DNA of 64,000 nt from Candidatus Omnitrophota bacterium. Its GTDB lineage: Bacteria > Omnitrophota > Gorgyraeia > Gygaellales > Profunditerraquicolaceae. Shown here piece by piece: positions 28,573 through 37,930 of the stretch. The position numbers and the translations under genes were made by a program. Under the pieces are notes generated by a model. The model worked only from the letters and a program-made list of their open reading frames with translations. It ran no database searches and was not told where the DNA came from. Every line of letters starts with the position of its first letter. The first letter of the stretch is position 1. The stretch lies in assembly GCA_016208765.1 (NCBI GenBank), contig JACQXK010000001.1, positions 128,218-192,217 of the forward strand, in the 5' to 3' direction.

Positions 28573-30165
28573 TTGCTACTTCCTGTGTCTATTAGTATAG
28601 GAGGTGGCAAAATGAAGAAGAAGGTTTTGTTTTTTGGCGCAGTTTTCTTAGGGGTTTTTCTGCATGTCTTGGGCCAGGGTTTGGAGTGGGAAGATATTAG
28701 CGGAGGGAATCTGAATTTTAGGTCAGTCTTAGTTGATGATGCCAATCCGCAGTTGATTTATTCAGGAACTAACCGTGAAGTGCTAAAAACTGAAGATGGT
28801 GGAAAGATCTGGCGTAGTATTTTAAGGGTCAAGGGGCAGGATACAAATGTAAATTTTATTTCTTTTGACAACTCAAACAAAAATATTCTTTATGCTGCCA
28901 CCGGCAATGGTTTGTATGTAAGCAATAATCAAGGCAGGCGCTGGGAAAGAATTTTTAAAGGAAAAAGCTCGGCAGAGGCAGAATGTACAGCAGTGGTTGC
29001 TACCGGCATAAATATTTTCTTAGGCACAAAAGCAGGTTTATTTTACAGCCAGGATAAAGGGCGCACCTGGCATAAAGAAATTGGTAAAATCGGGACAAAC
29101 CGTATTTTAACAATTGCGCAAAGCTTTCGTGATGAAAAGAATATCTATGTTGCCGGTGTTGACGGTGTGTTCAGGACTAAAAATAACGGCAATGATTGGG
29201 AGAGAGTTTTTGTTGCGCACCCCGTAGAAAATGGCAATGAAGACGATAATCCAGAGGATGATCATGATGAAGAAAAGCGTTATTCAGGAGTGCGCTATAT
29301 TTGCCTTGATCCTAATAATCATGCTTACCTATATTTATCTTCTGATAAAGGGGTGTATAAAAGCAGCGATCAGGGGAATACCTGGTATTTGTTGTCGGAT
29401 TACGGTTTAATAAATAAGGAAGTCAGTTTTATTTTCATGGACGAAAATTCTAATCTTTATGCAGCAGCAAGATCAGGTATTTTTGAATATAAGAATGAGC
29501 GTTGGAAAGAGTTGTCTTTTGGCTTGTCTGCAGGAGAAGTGAGATTTCTGGCGCATGATAATAAACGTAACTTATACGCTGCTTGCGAAAAAGGGTTGTT
29601 TAAGGCCGGCCTTGATAATTTTGTTAATTATAAACCGGGGAATCCTTTGGTTTTTTATAGCGAGGGAGAGCCAAGGATTGGAGATGTGCAAAAGGCAGCG
29701 ATAAAATATGCAGAGGTAGAGCCAAATAAAATAATAAAATGGAGAAAGCAGGCGGCAAAGAAGGCGATTATGCCGCAGGTAAGCGCAGGAGTTGGCCGTA
29801 ATGTAACCGATCTTTGGCATTGGGAGGGAGGGTCTACTACCAAGCCTGAAGATGATATCTTAAGGCGCGGTAACGATGCCATAGAATGGGATGTTACTTT
29901 AAGCTGGGATCTAAGCGAGCTAATCTGGAATAATGATCAGACTTCAATTGATACAAGGTCGCGTTTGATGGTGCAATTGCGGGATGATATTTTAGATGAG
30001 GTAACTAAAACTTATTTTGAGCGCATGCGCGTAAAGATTGAATTGAATAATCTGGCTATTGAAGATAAAAAGCGCAGGATTGAAAAAGAGCTCAGGCTTC
30101 AGGAATTGACTGCTTCGTTAGACGCTCTAACCGGAGGTTATTTTACACAAAATATCAAAGGTTAA
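28573..30165 (+). CDS. Exported BNR/Asp-box repeat beta-propeller protein (Ycf48/sortilin-like) with a C-terminal helical region
   Basis: Signal peptide. At least five Asp-box-like repeats (TEDGGKIWRS, SNNQGRRWER, SQDKGRTWHK, TKNNGNDWER, SSDQGNTWYL). C-terminal region is coiled-coil-like. Confidence 0.7.
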   Translation: MLLPVSISIGGGKMKKKVLFFGAVFLGVFLHVLGQGLEWEDISGGNLNFRSVLVDDANPQLIYSGTNREVLKTEDGGKIWRSILRVKGQDTNVNFISFDNSNKNILYAATGNGLYVSNNQGRRWERIFKGKSSAEAECTAVVATGINIFLGTKAGLFYSQDKGRTWHKEIGKIGTNRILTIAQSFRDEKNIYVAGVDGVFRTKNNGNDWERVFVAHPVENGNEDDNPEDDHDEEKRYSGVRYICLDPNNHAYLYLSSDKGVYKSSDQGNTWYLLSDYGLINKEVSFIFMDENSNLYAAARSGIFEYKNERWKELSFGLSAGEVRFLAHDNKRNLYAACEKGLFKAGLDNFVNYKPGNPLVFYSEGEPRIGDVQKAAIKYAEVEPNKIIKWRKQAAKKAIMPQVSAGVGRNVTDLWHWEGGSTTKPEDDILRRGNDAIEWDVTLSWDLSELIWNNDQTSIDTRSRLMVQLRDDILDEVTKTYFERMRVKIELNNLAIEDKKRRIEKELRLQELTASLDALTGGYFTQNIKG

Positions 30166-30182
30166 TGGTGATCTTATGGTAA

Positions 30183-30248
30183 GTCATTCCCGCGTATGCG
30201 GGAATCCAGCCACGGGAACGCCTGGATGCCCGCTTTCGCGGGAATGAC
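30183..30248. repeat. GC-rich compound palindromic element in an AT-rich intergenic region
   Basis: Outer arms gtcattcccgcg/cgcgggaatgac. Internal hairpins ttcccgcg-tatg-cgggaa and cccgc-tttc-gcggg. Confidence 0.45.
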
Positions 30249-30328
30249 AATATCTACTCCCAACGCGACGATAAAATTAGGTTTAAAGTTGTGCTTAAAT
30301 AGTGTATAATTATAATAGGAGGAAGGAT

Positions 30329-30709
30329 ATGAGTAAAATAACAGTATTTACGATAATTTTGGTTTTATTTGCCGGCCTTGGATTCTGCGAGGAAATGAAG
30401 AAGAACCAGTATAACGAAGATTGGACATACCGCCAGGAAAGCGATAAGCCCAAGACCAATCCTTATTCAGGTGAATGGCAGACTGTACCCGGTGAAAAAA
30501 ACATAAAATATAATCCGTACCGGGAAGATTGGACATATGAACAGGAAGCGGATAAGCCAAGATATAATCCTTATTCAGGTGAGTGGATTGATATAAATCC
30601 TGATGAAGATATGAGGGCTCAGTCCGAATTGAAAGAAAAGAAAGAAGAAAAAGATAAGTCTACTACTGGCAACAGCTCTGGTTCTGAAACTAAAAAAAAT
30701 GAAGAATAG
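30329..30709 (+). CDS. Small secreted tandem-repeat protein
   Basis: Start placed at ATG 30329 (AGGAGGA RBS; extended -10 TGTATAAT at 30303-30310) rather than the track start at 30302. Signal peptide. Two copies of the ~35-aa repeat EDWTY.QE.DKP..NPYSGEW. K/E-rich tail. Confidence 0.6.
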   Translation: MSKITVFTIILVLFAGLGFCEEMKKNQYNEDWTYRQESDKPKTNPYSGEWQTVPGEKNIKYNPYREDWTYEQEADKPRYNPYSGEWIDINPDEDMRAQSELKEKKEEKDKSTTGNSSGSETKKNEE

Positions 30710-31169
30710 GTTTTTCTTTTTTACAATTGCTGCAATTTTGTTTTCTGCAGTAACAGCGTTTGCCGAAACTTCCGTTAAAGCCGAAGTTGATAAAACAAAA
30801 TTATCCACTGATGATGCGCTTACCTATAAAATTGTTGTAATTTCTGACGAGAAAAAAGTTCCCGCTCCGGAGTTGCCAAAGTTTGGAGGTTTTAGGGTCA
30901 TTTCCAATGCCCAATCTTCTACAACTTCGTTTGCAAAAAATGGATTTAAGAGGATTTTAGTTTATGCTTATGTTTTGGTTCCTTATTCTACGGGAAAACT
31001 TAAAATTGAACCAAGCAAGCTTAAAATCGGAAGCAGGGTTTATGAATCAAAGCCTTTTGAGATAGAGGTGACGCAGGGAAAAAATAAGCCGGTTATGCCA
31101 CCTAAAACAAAGTCAGCCCCCCAGAGAAATATTCCTTCCGGCCCACGTGAGCCGCAGTATACATTATAG
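30699..31169 (+). CDS. Exported BatD-like N-terminal-domain protein (short form)
   Basis: Signal peptide. A beta-sandwich-like region resembles the N-terminus of BatD oxygen-tolerance proteins, but at 156 aa it is much shorter than BatD. Confidence 0.45.
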   Translation: MKNRFFFFTIAAILFSAVTAFAETSVKAEVDKTKLSTDDALTYKIVVISDEKKVPAPELPKFGGFRVISNAQSSTTSFAKNGFKRILVYAYVLVPYSTGKLKIEPSKLKIGSRVYESKPFEIEVTQGKNKPVMPPKTKSAPQRNIPSGPREPQYTL

Positions 31170-31174
31170 CTTTT

Positions 31175-33244
31175 ATGAAAAGCACCCTTCAAAGCCCTAT
31201 TCAATACTTAAAAGGCATCGGGCCAAAAAGAGCGGATAAATTTTCCAAACTTGGAATTAATAGCATTGAGGACCTGCTGTATTATTTCCCCCGCCGGTAT
31301 GAAGATCGCACAAACTTTGTTTTAATTAAAGGCCTCAAGGAAGGCCAAGTCCAGACTATAAAAGCTGAAATAATTGCAGGCGGGCAGCGAAATTCATGGC
31401 GCAGAAGGTCTTTTAGCATTACTGAGGCGTTTGTAAAGGATGATAGCGCGCGGATTTCCTGTGTTTGGTTTAACCGTCCGTATTTAAAGAATTATTTAAA
31501 GCCGGGTGTAAAACTGATCCTTCACGGCAAGCCGGAACTAAGGCAGAATGGTTTGCAGATGAATAACCCGGAGTTTGAGATTATATCAGATGAAGATGAG
31601 CCGCTAAGCGCAGGAAGGATTGTCCCTGTTTATTCCCTGCCCGAAGGTTTCTCTCAGAGGTATTTTCGCAGGCTGATTAAACAATCGCTTGATAGCCATG
31701 TTTCACAGATTATTGATTGCCTTGCTTATGATATCAGGCAGCGTAATAATTTGCTTAATTTGGCGCAGAGTTTGTTGAATATCCATTTCCCCGTTGATTT
31801 AAAGATCCAGAAACAGGCGTACGAGCGGCTTGCTTTTGAAGAATTTTTTCTTTTTCAGATCCCGCTTGTTTTAAGAAAGTTCAAGAGAAAAGAAAAGAAA
31901 GGTATTGTGCATAAAGTAAAAGGGGATTTGCTGGATGATTTCTTAGCACATATGCCGTTTGTCTTGACCAAATCGCAGCTTAAGGTGGTAGATGAAATAA
32001 AAAAAGATATGTCCGGGCAGGCTGCGATGCAAAGGCTCCTGCAGGGCGATGTTGGTTCAGGGAAAACCATAGTTGCCCTGATCGCTGCTGCGGTTGCTTG
32101 GCAGGGAGGTTATCAAACAGCTTTTATGGTGCCGACGGAAATTCTGGCCAGGCAGCACTTTGAGAAAATCGGCAGTTTAATGAAAGAGGCAAAAGCAGGT
32201 TTATTGGTGAGCAGCTTAGACAAAAAGGAGAAGCAAAAGATTCATCGTGCATTAAAAGAAGGCCAAATAGATATATTGATCGGCACGCACGCGCTCTTAG
32301 AGGAAGATGTACAGTTTAAAAACTTGGGATTGGTGGTTATTGATGAACAGCATAAGTTTGGAGTCGGGCAGCGCGCACTTTTACCGCAAAAGGGTATTAA
32401 CCCCGATTGCCTGATCATGACCGCTACCCCTATTCCGCGCACCCTGGCAATTACCATTTATGGAGATCTGGATATTTCAATTATTGATGAGCTTCCTCCG
32501 GGAAGGCAGCCGGTTAAGACCATGTATTTTACTAAGAAACAGCGCTTAAAGGCTTATGAATTAGTTGAGGCCGAGCTTAAACAAGGCAGCCAGGCGTATA
32601 TTGTTTATCCGGTTATTGAAGAGTCGTTCGCGCTTGATATGGACGGGGCCAAAGAAATGTATCAGCAATTAAGCGCAGGTGTATTTAAGGAATTTAAGTT
32701 AGGCTTAATTCATGGCAGGCTTAAACAGCAGGAGCAGGACGAGATTATGTTTAAGTTTAAAAATAAAGAGCTGGATGCTTTGGTTTCTACAACAGTTTTA
32801 GAAGTTGGTATTGATAATCCTAATGCTACCTGTATGGTGGTAGAAGAGGCGCACAGGTTTGGTTTAAGCCAGCTGCATCAACTACGAGGGCGGGTGGGCC
32901 GAGGAGAAAAGCAATCTTTTTGCATGCTTGTTTCTGATGCTCAGGGGCAGGAGGCTATGGCACGTATCCAGGCAATGGTGCAATATAGCGACGGTTTTAA
33001 GATTGCCGAGGAGGATTTAAAAATTCGCGGGCCGGGTGAGTTTTTCGGCAGCCGGCAGCATGGTTTGACTGAATTAAAGATCGGGAACCCTTTGGTGCAG
33101 ATGCAATTGTTAAAGCGCTCGCGCGAGGAAGCAATCAAGCTTTTAGAACATGATGAGCGTTTGGAGCAAAGGCAAAACTTGGCTTTAAAGGAAAAATTAT
33201 TACAAAGGTTCCCGGAATATGAGAAATTAGTAATGGTGGGTTAG
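31175..33244 (+). CDS. recG: ATP-dependent DNA helicase RecG
   Basis: Wedge domain plus SF2 helicase motifs (GDVGSGKT, DEQHKFG, QLHQLRGRVGRG). Confidence 0.95.
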   Translation: MKSTLQSPIQYLKGIGPKRADKFSKLGINSIEDLLYYFPRRYEDRTNFVLIKGLKEGQVQTIKAEIIAGGQRNSWRRRSFSITEAFVKDDSARISCVWFNRPYLKNYLKPGVKLILHGKPELRQNGLQMNNPEFEIISDEDEPLSAGRIVPVYSLPEGFSQRYFRRLIKQSLDSHVSQIIDCLAYDIRQRNNLLNLAQSLLNIHFPVDLKIQKQAYERLAFEEFFLFQIPLVLRKFKRKEKKGIVHKVKGDLLDDFLAHMPFVLTKSQLKVVDEIKKDMSGQAAMQRLLQGDVGSGKTIVALIAAAVAWQGGYQTAFMVPTEILARQHFEKIGSLMKEAKAGLLVSSLDKKEKQKIHRALKEGQIDILIGTHALLEEDVQFKNLGLVVIDEQHKFGVGQRALLPQKGINPDCLIMTATPIPRTLAITIYGDLDISIIDELPPGRQPVKTMYFTKKQRLKAYELVEAELKQGSQAYIVYPVIEESFALDMDGAKEMYQQLSAGVFKEFKLGLIHGRLKQQEQDEIMFKFKNKELDALVSTTVLEVGIDNPNATCMVVEEAHRFGLSQLHQLRGRVGRGEKQSFCMLVSDAQGQEAMARIQAMVQYSDGFKIAEEDLKIRGPGEFFGSRQHGLTELKIGNPLVQMQLLKRSREEAIKLLEHDERLEQRQNLALKEKLLQRFPEYEKLVMVG

Positions 33245-33248
33245 GCTT

Positions 33249-33842
33249 ATGATAAGGATTACTACAGGAATATATAAGAGGATGCACATTTTGATGCCAG
33301 AGGGAATCCGTCCGACACAAGACAAGGTGAGAAAAGCCCTGTTTGATATTTTGGGGGATATTGAAGGATTGTCTTTTTTGGAGCTTTTTGCCGGTTCCGG
33401 AGCAGTGGGCTTTGAGGCTGTGTCAAGAGGAGCGGGAGAACTGGTTTTAGTAGAGCAAAACCGTGCCTGCATATCTGTAATAAAGAAGAATATTGAGCTT
33501 TTGAAGCTGGATGAGAGTATCCTATTTTCTCAGGATGTAGATAAGGCAGTAAAGACTTTTCATACTCAAGGCAAGGTTTTTGACCTTATTTTTATGGATC
33601 CCCCGTATTCTAACCCCCACACCAATTGGTCTATCGCTACGGATATTTTCCCAATTGGTGTGGGGGCAAAAAAAACCTTGCAAACCCTGGGGGCTTATGA
33701 TATATTATCGCCCAATGGTTTTATTATAGTTGAGCATTTTAAGAAAGACGCCTTACCGCAAGAGCAGGATAAACTGGTCAGGTTCAAAGAGGCAAAATAC
33801 TCAGATACCCTGCTTTCATTTTATAAAAAATGTGCCAAATAG
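33249..33842 (+). CDS. rsmD: 16S rRNA (guanine966-N2)-methyltransferase RsmD
   Basis: SAM-binding motif LELFAGSGAVGFEA and catalytic DPPY. Confidence 0.85.
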   Translation: MIRITTGIYKRMHILMPEGIRPTQDKVRKALFDILGDIEGLSFLELFAGSGAVGFEAVSRGAGELVLVEQNRACISVIKKNIELLKLDESILFSQDVDKAVKTFHTQGKVFDLIFMDPPYSNPHTNWSIATDIFPIGVGAKKTLQTLGAYDILSPNGFIIVEHFKKDALPQEQDKLVRFKEAKYSDTLLSFYKKCAK

Positions 33843-34312
33843 CCATATATCCAGGGACTTTTGACCCAGTTACTTACGGTCATATTGATATAATTAAGCG
33901 CGCCCAGGAAGTGTTTTCTGAGGTTATTATAGGGGTTGCGCACAATCCGCATAAGAAACCTCTTTTTGATGTTAATGAAAGAGTGGGTTTGTTAAAAAAA
34001 GCGACCAGGGATTTTAAATCTGTTGAGGTATGTGATTTTAACGGGCTGGTGGTTGATTTTGCGCGTAAGCGTAAGGCAAAGGTAATAATCCGAGGCCTAC
34101 GCATGCTTTCTGATTTTGAATATGAATTTCAAATGGCGCTGACTAACCGTAAAATCGCACCGGACATTGAAACTATTTTTATGATGCCGCAGGAATCTTA
34201 CAGTTATCTTTCTTCAAAGCTCTTAAAGGAAGTGGCTTCTATGGGCGCTGATATTTCCAGCTTTGTTCCTGATTTTGTAGAATCCTCGCTTAAGAATAAA
34301 CTGGGAAAATAG
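33830..34312 (+). CDS. coaD: Phosphopantetheine adenylyltransferase
   Basis: N-terminal YPGTFDPVTYGHIDII, which matches the nucleotidyltransferase (T/H)xGH motif. Confidence 0.9.
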   Translation: MCQIAIYPGTFDPVTYGHIDIIKRAQEVFSEVIIGVAHNPHKKPLFDVNERVGLLKKATRDFKSVEVCDFNGLVVDFARKRKAKVIIRGLRMLSDFEYEFQMALTNRKIAPDIETIFMMPQESYSYLSSKLLKEVASMGADISSFVPDFVESSLKNKLGK

Positions 34313-34314
34313 CT

Positions 34315-34722
34315 GTGAAGATTGAAATAAATAAAATTACTCTTGAAGGGATGCGGCTGGCTGAGGATATCATGCCTCAGGCCTTGGATTTAGATACAGA
34401 GATCATCAGGTTCCGTGGCCCGATACATTTAGAAGGGCATGCATATAAGATTACAAACGTAGTTACGGTTGATTTAACTTTAAAAGCTTCTTTAGAGACA
34501 AGTTGTTCTCGTTGTCTTGAAGATTTAAGATTTGACCTTGATAAAAATATTCAACTTAATTATCCGGTTGAAAAAAATGAACTGGTAATTGATTTAGACC
34601 CGGATTTAAGGCAGGAATTGATATTGTATTCTCCGCTTAAGCCTTTATGTAAACCTGATTGTAAAGGGCTTTGTGTTAAATGCGGGGCGGATTTGAATAA
34701 AGAAAAATGCAAATGTGCTTAA
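34315..34722 (+). CDS. yceD: YceD/DUF177-family protein (large-subunit rRNA accumulation), immediately upstream of rpmF
   Basis: Conserved position before rpmF and two C-terminal CxxC pairs (CSRC, CVKC). Confidence 0.8.
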   Translation: MKIEINKITLEGMRLAEDIMPQALDLDTEIIRFRGPIHLEGHAYKITNVVTVDLTLKASLETSCSRCLEDLRFDLDKNIQLNYPVEKNELVIDLDPDLRQELILYSPLKPLCKPDCKGLCVKCGADLNKEKCKCA

Positions 34723-34744
34723 TGATTATTGAAAGGAGTTAAAA

Positions 34745-34948
34745 GTGCCACTACCAAAACAAAGACATTCCAAGGCGCGCGGGAGAAAGCGACGCACGCA
34801 TTGGAAATTAACCAAGACTAACCTCGTTTTGTGCCCTCAATGTAAGCAGCCCAGGAAACCTCATAATGTTTGCGCAGTTTGCGGATATTATGACGGCAGG
34901 CAGGTTGTAGAAATTGAAATTAAAGAAAAGAAAAAGAAAGGCCGTTAA
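34745..34948 (+). CDS. rpmF: 50S ribosomal protein L32
   Basis: Sequence MPLPKQRHSKARGRKRRTHWKL with the zinc ribbon CPQC...CAVC. GTG start. Confidence 0.9.
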   Translation: MPLPKQRHSKARGRKRRTHWKLTKTNLVLCPQCKQPRKPHNVCAVCGYYDGRQVVEIEIKEKKKKGR

Positions 34949-35013
34949 TTAGTGAGTGGTTAATTGGTGAGTGGTGAGTAGACCAATTAAGCAATTAACA
35001 AATTAACCAATTA
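34948..35013. repeat. ~55-nt intergenic repeat, copy 1 (hairpin with internal GTGAGTGGT direct repeats)
   Basis: ttagtgagtggttaattggtgagtggtgagtagaccaattaagcaattaacaaattaaccaattaa. About 90% identical over ~45 nt to the copy at 40285-40340. Contains a ggttaattgg ... ccaattaacc-type inverted repeat. Confidence 0.6.
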
Positions 35014-35019
35014 AAAAAT

Positions 35020-36009
35020 ATGAAAATTGTCGTAGATGCCATGGGGGGCGATCACGGCCCCGAAGTAGTAATTAAGGGAGTTATTCAGGCAGTTAACGAG
35101 TATGAAACAGAAGTGGTGTTAGTTGGTAATGAGCCTGAAATAGCTGAGCAGTTAAAGAAAAACAAGTATGCCGGCAACAAGATCCATATCCACCCTTCTG
35201 CTGAGGTAATTGAAATGCATGAACCTGCGGCTACCAGCGTGCGCAGAAAACGCAATTCTTCAATTGTGGTTGGTTTAAATCTGGTTAAACAGCAGAAGGC
35301 AGACGCTTTCTTTAGCGCCGGTAATACCGGTGCTGTTGTCTGCGCAGCTACCCTTGGGCTAGGGTTATTGCCGGGGATTGAGCGGCCGGGCATTGCAATT
35401 ATTACTCCTACCTTAAAAGGCATATCAATTATAATTGACGTGGGTGCAAATATTGACCCAAAACCCAGCCAGCTTCTGCAGTATGGCATTATGTCCGATG
35501 CATATTTCCGTAATATCTTAAATAAGCCTGACCCGACGGTGGGTATATTAAACGTTGGAGAAGAAGAAAGCAAGGGCACGGAGTTTATTAAAGAAGCGTA
35601 TGAGCTTCTGGAAAAAAGCCACCTTAATTTTATCGGCAATGTTGAAGGTAAGGATTTGTTTTCCGGCAAGAGCGATATAATTCTTTGCGATGGTTTTGTC
35701 GGTAATGTTGCTCTAAAAGTAACTGAGAGCGTGGTTGAAACCATGACGACATTTTTAAAACGCAATCTGCTTAGTTCTATGTTAGGTAGAATTGGTATTT
35801 TCTTTTTGATCCCCAGTTTTAAGCGCCTAAAAAAGCAGTTAGATTATTCTGAATATGGCGGAGCGCCTCTGTTGGGCGTTAATGGTGTAGTAATTATCGG
35901 CCACGGCCGTTCAAATGTCAGTGCGATTAAAAATGCTGTCCGGGTTGCCAAAGAAGAAGTAGAGCGTAAATTTACAGAAAAAATTTCAGAAGCAATCAAA
36001 TCACAATAA
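35020..36009 (+). CDS. plsX: Phosphate acyltransferase PlsX
   Basis: MKIVVDAMGGDHGP start. Full-length PlsX architecture. Confidence 0.95.
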   Translation: MKIVVDAMGGDHGPEVVIKGVIQAVNEYETEVVLVGNEPEIAEQLKKNKYAGNKIHIHPSAEVIEMHEPAATSVRRKRNSSIVVGLNLVKQQKADAFFSAGNTGAVVCAATLGLGLLPGIERPGIAIITPTLKGISIIIDVGANIDPKPSQLLQYGIMSDAYFRNILNKPDPTVGILNVGEEESKGTEFIKEAYELLEKSHLNFIGNVEGKDLFSGKSDIILCDGFVGNVALKVTESVVETMTTFLKRNLLSSMLGRIGIFFLIPSFKRLKKQLDYSEYGGAPLLGVNGVVIIGHGRSNVSAIKNAVRVAKEEVERKFTEKISEAIKSQ

Positions 36010-36039
36010 ATTTGTGAGTGGTAAGGAGCTTAATTAGCC

Positions 36040-37017
36040 ATGAAAAAAGTAGGTATTATCGGAGTTGGAGAGTATTTACCAAAAAAGGTCCTGACTAATA
36101 AGGATCTTGAAAAGATGGTGGATACTTCTGATGAGTGGATTACTACTCGTACTGGTATTAAACAAAGGCGCTTGGTTGCAAAGAATGAGGCGGCAAGCGA
36201 CCTTGCTATTAAAGCTAGCTATCAGGCCTTGGAAGATGCCCGCCTTAAACCTGAAGATTTAGATTTAATCATTGTTGCTTCTATCACAGGCGATATGCCG
36301 TTTCCGTCGGTTTCCTGTTTGGTGCAAAACGCGATTGGCGCTAAGAAAGCAGCTTGTTTTGATATCAGCGCAGCTTGTGCCGGGTTTGTTTATGCGGTTA
36401 CTATTGCCAAACAGTTTATTGAGAGCGGGAGTTATAAGAAAATTTTAGTTGTCGGGGTAGAAGTATTGTCTTCGGTTACTGACTGGAAAGACAGGAACAC
36501 TTGTGTCTTGTTCGGAGACGGCGCAGGGGCAGCTGTTTTGTCTGAAGTTAGATCAGGAGGAATCCTTTCTTCTTATCTGGGCAGTGATGGGTCAAAAAAG
36601 GACCTGCTTTATATTCCGGCTGGCGGCTCAAGGCTTCCGGCAAGCAAAGAGACCATTGATAACCGAATGCATTATATAAAAATGCAAGGCAATGAATTAT
36701 TTAAGTTAGCAGTTACTCTAATGTCTGAAGCAGCGCAAATTGCTTTGAAGAAAGCCGGCTTAGAGTGTAAGGATATAGATTTGGTTATTCCGCATCAGGC
36801 AAATATCCGTATTATTATGGCAATGGCAAGAAAACTTAAACTTCCCGAAGAAAAAATCTACCTTAATATAGCAAAATATGGAAACATGTCTTCAGCTTCT
36901 ACTGCAACCGCACTCTGTGAGGCAAAAAAAGAAGGTCGTATTAAAAAAGGCGACATAGTCTTGCTGGATGCTTTTGGTGCAGGTCTTGTCTGGGGCGCTT
37001 GTGTTATAAAATGGTGA
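36040..37017 (+). CDS. fabH: 3-oxoacyl-ACP synthase III
   Basis: Active-site Cys in FDISAACAGF. His/Asn region HQAN and C-terminal GAGLVWGA. Confidence 0.95.
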   Translation: MKKVGIIGVGEYLPKKVLTNKDLEKMVDTSDEWITTRTGIKQRRLVAKNEAASDLAIKASYQALEDARLKPEDLDLIIVASITGDMPFPSVSCLVQNAIGAKKAACFDISAACAGFVYAVTIAKQFIESGSYKKILVVGVEVLSSVTDWKDRNTCVLFGDGAGAAVLSEVRSGGILSSYLGSDGSKKDLLYIPAGGSRLPASKETIDNRMHYIKMQGNELFKLAVTLMSEAAQIALKKAGLECKDIDLVIPHQANIRIIMAMARKLKLPEEKIYLNIAKYGNMSSASTATALCEAKKEGRIKKGDIVLLDAFGAGLVWGACVIKW

Positions 37018-37916
37018 GCTATTTATTTGCAGGCCAAGGCAGTCAGTATGTTGGAATGGGAAAAGATTTGTATGATACTTTTCCCGCGGCCAAAGCAGTT
37101 TTTGACAATGCGGATAAGGTTTTAGGGTTTTCTATAAGTAAACTTTGTTTTGAAGGCCCTCTTGAAGAATTAACCAAAACCAATAATGCGCAGCCGGCAA
37201 TAGTAACTATGAGTATTGCGGCTTTAGAGACTTTTAGGTCAAATAGCGTAGCTGTGTCTAATCCTGATTTTGTAGCTGGTTTGAGCCTTGGGGAGTATTC
37301 GGCTTTAGTTGCTGCAGAGGCTATGCGTTTTGAGGATGCGGTTTATCTGGTTAGGCGCCGCGGAGAGTTTATGGAAGAAGAAGCCAGAAATAATCCCGGT
37401 AAAATGCTTTCAATTATCGGCCTTGATTTAATCAAGGTAAAAGAAGTTTGTGTTGAGGCTAACACTCAGATAGCCAATCTAAATTGTCCGGGGCAGGTTG
37501 TGGTTTCCGGGGCTGCGCAAGAAATTGAACGAGCGCAAGTTTTAGCAAAAGAAAAAGGCGCGAAATTAGCGGTGATTCTTGAAGTCAGCGGAGCGTTTCA
37601 TTCTTCGTTTATGCAGGGAGCAACCATAAAACTTGCACGTGAATTAGAAAAGATTAAAATAAATTCTCCTCAAATTCCGATAGTTTGCAATGTAACAGGC
37701 AAGCCTGCGAATTCTGCGCAGGAAATTAAGGACAATCTTATTAAGCAGGTTGCCTCTTCGGTTTTGTGGGAAGGTTCAATGGATTTTATTTTATCTAAAG
37801 GTGTGCAGAATTTTATTGAATTTGGCCCGGGAAAGGTTTTGAAAGGTTTAATGCGCAGGATCAACTCAACTGCGCAAGTTGTAAACATTGAGAAAAAGGA
37901 AGACGTGTTGAATTAA
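37011..37916 (+). CDS. fabD: Malonyl-CoA:ACP transacylase
   Basis: FAGQGSQYVGMG and active-site GLSLGEYSA. Start placed at ATG 37011, overlapping the fabH stop by 7 nt; the track ORF begins at 36999. Confidence 0.9.
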   Translation: MVSYLFAGQGSQYVGMGKDLYDTFPAAKAVFDNADKVLGFSISKLCFEGPLEELTKTNNAQPAIVTMSIAALETFRSNSVAVSNPDFVAGLSLGEYSALVAAEAMRFEDAVYLVRRRGEFMEEEARNNPGKMLSIIGLDLIKVKEVCVEANTQIANLNCPGQVVVSGAAQEIERAQVLAKEKGAKLAVILEVSGAFHSSFMQGATIKLARELEKIKINSPQIPIVCNVTGKPANSAQEIKDNLIKQVASSVLWEGSMDFILSKGVQNFIEFGPGKVLKGLMRRINSTAQVVNIEKKEDVLN

Positions 37917-37930
37917 CCAACAAGAGGGCG

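Noticed and set aside
30183-30248. Possible CRISPR repeat or tRNA in the GC-rich palindrome
   Set aside because: It is a single copy with no spacer-repeat periodicity and no tRNA cloverleaf (no conserved T-loop GTTC or anticodon arm). No CRISPR array or cas genes are present in the window.
35085-35765. 226-aa minus-strand ORF inside plsX
   Set aside because: Antisense to a strongly supported plsX. The S/P/T-rich translation has no recognisable domain.
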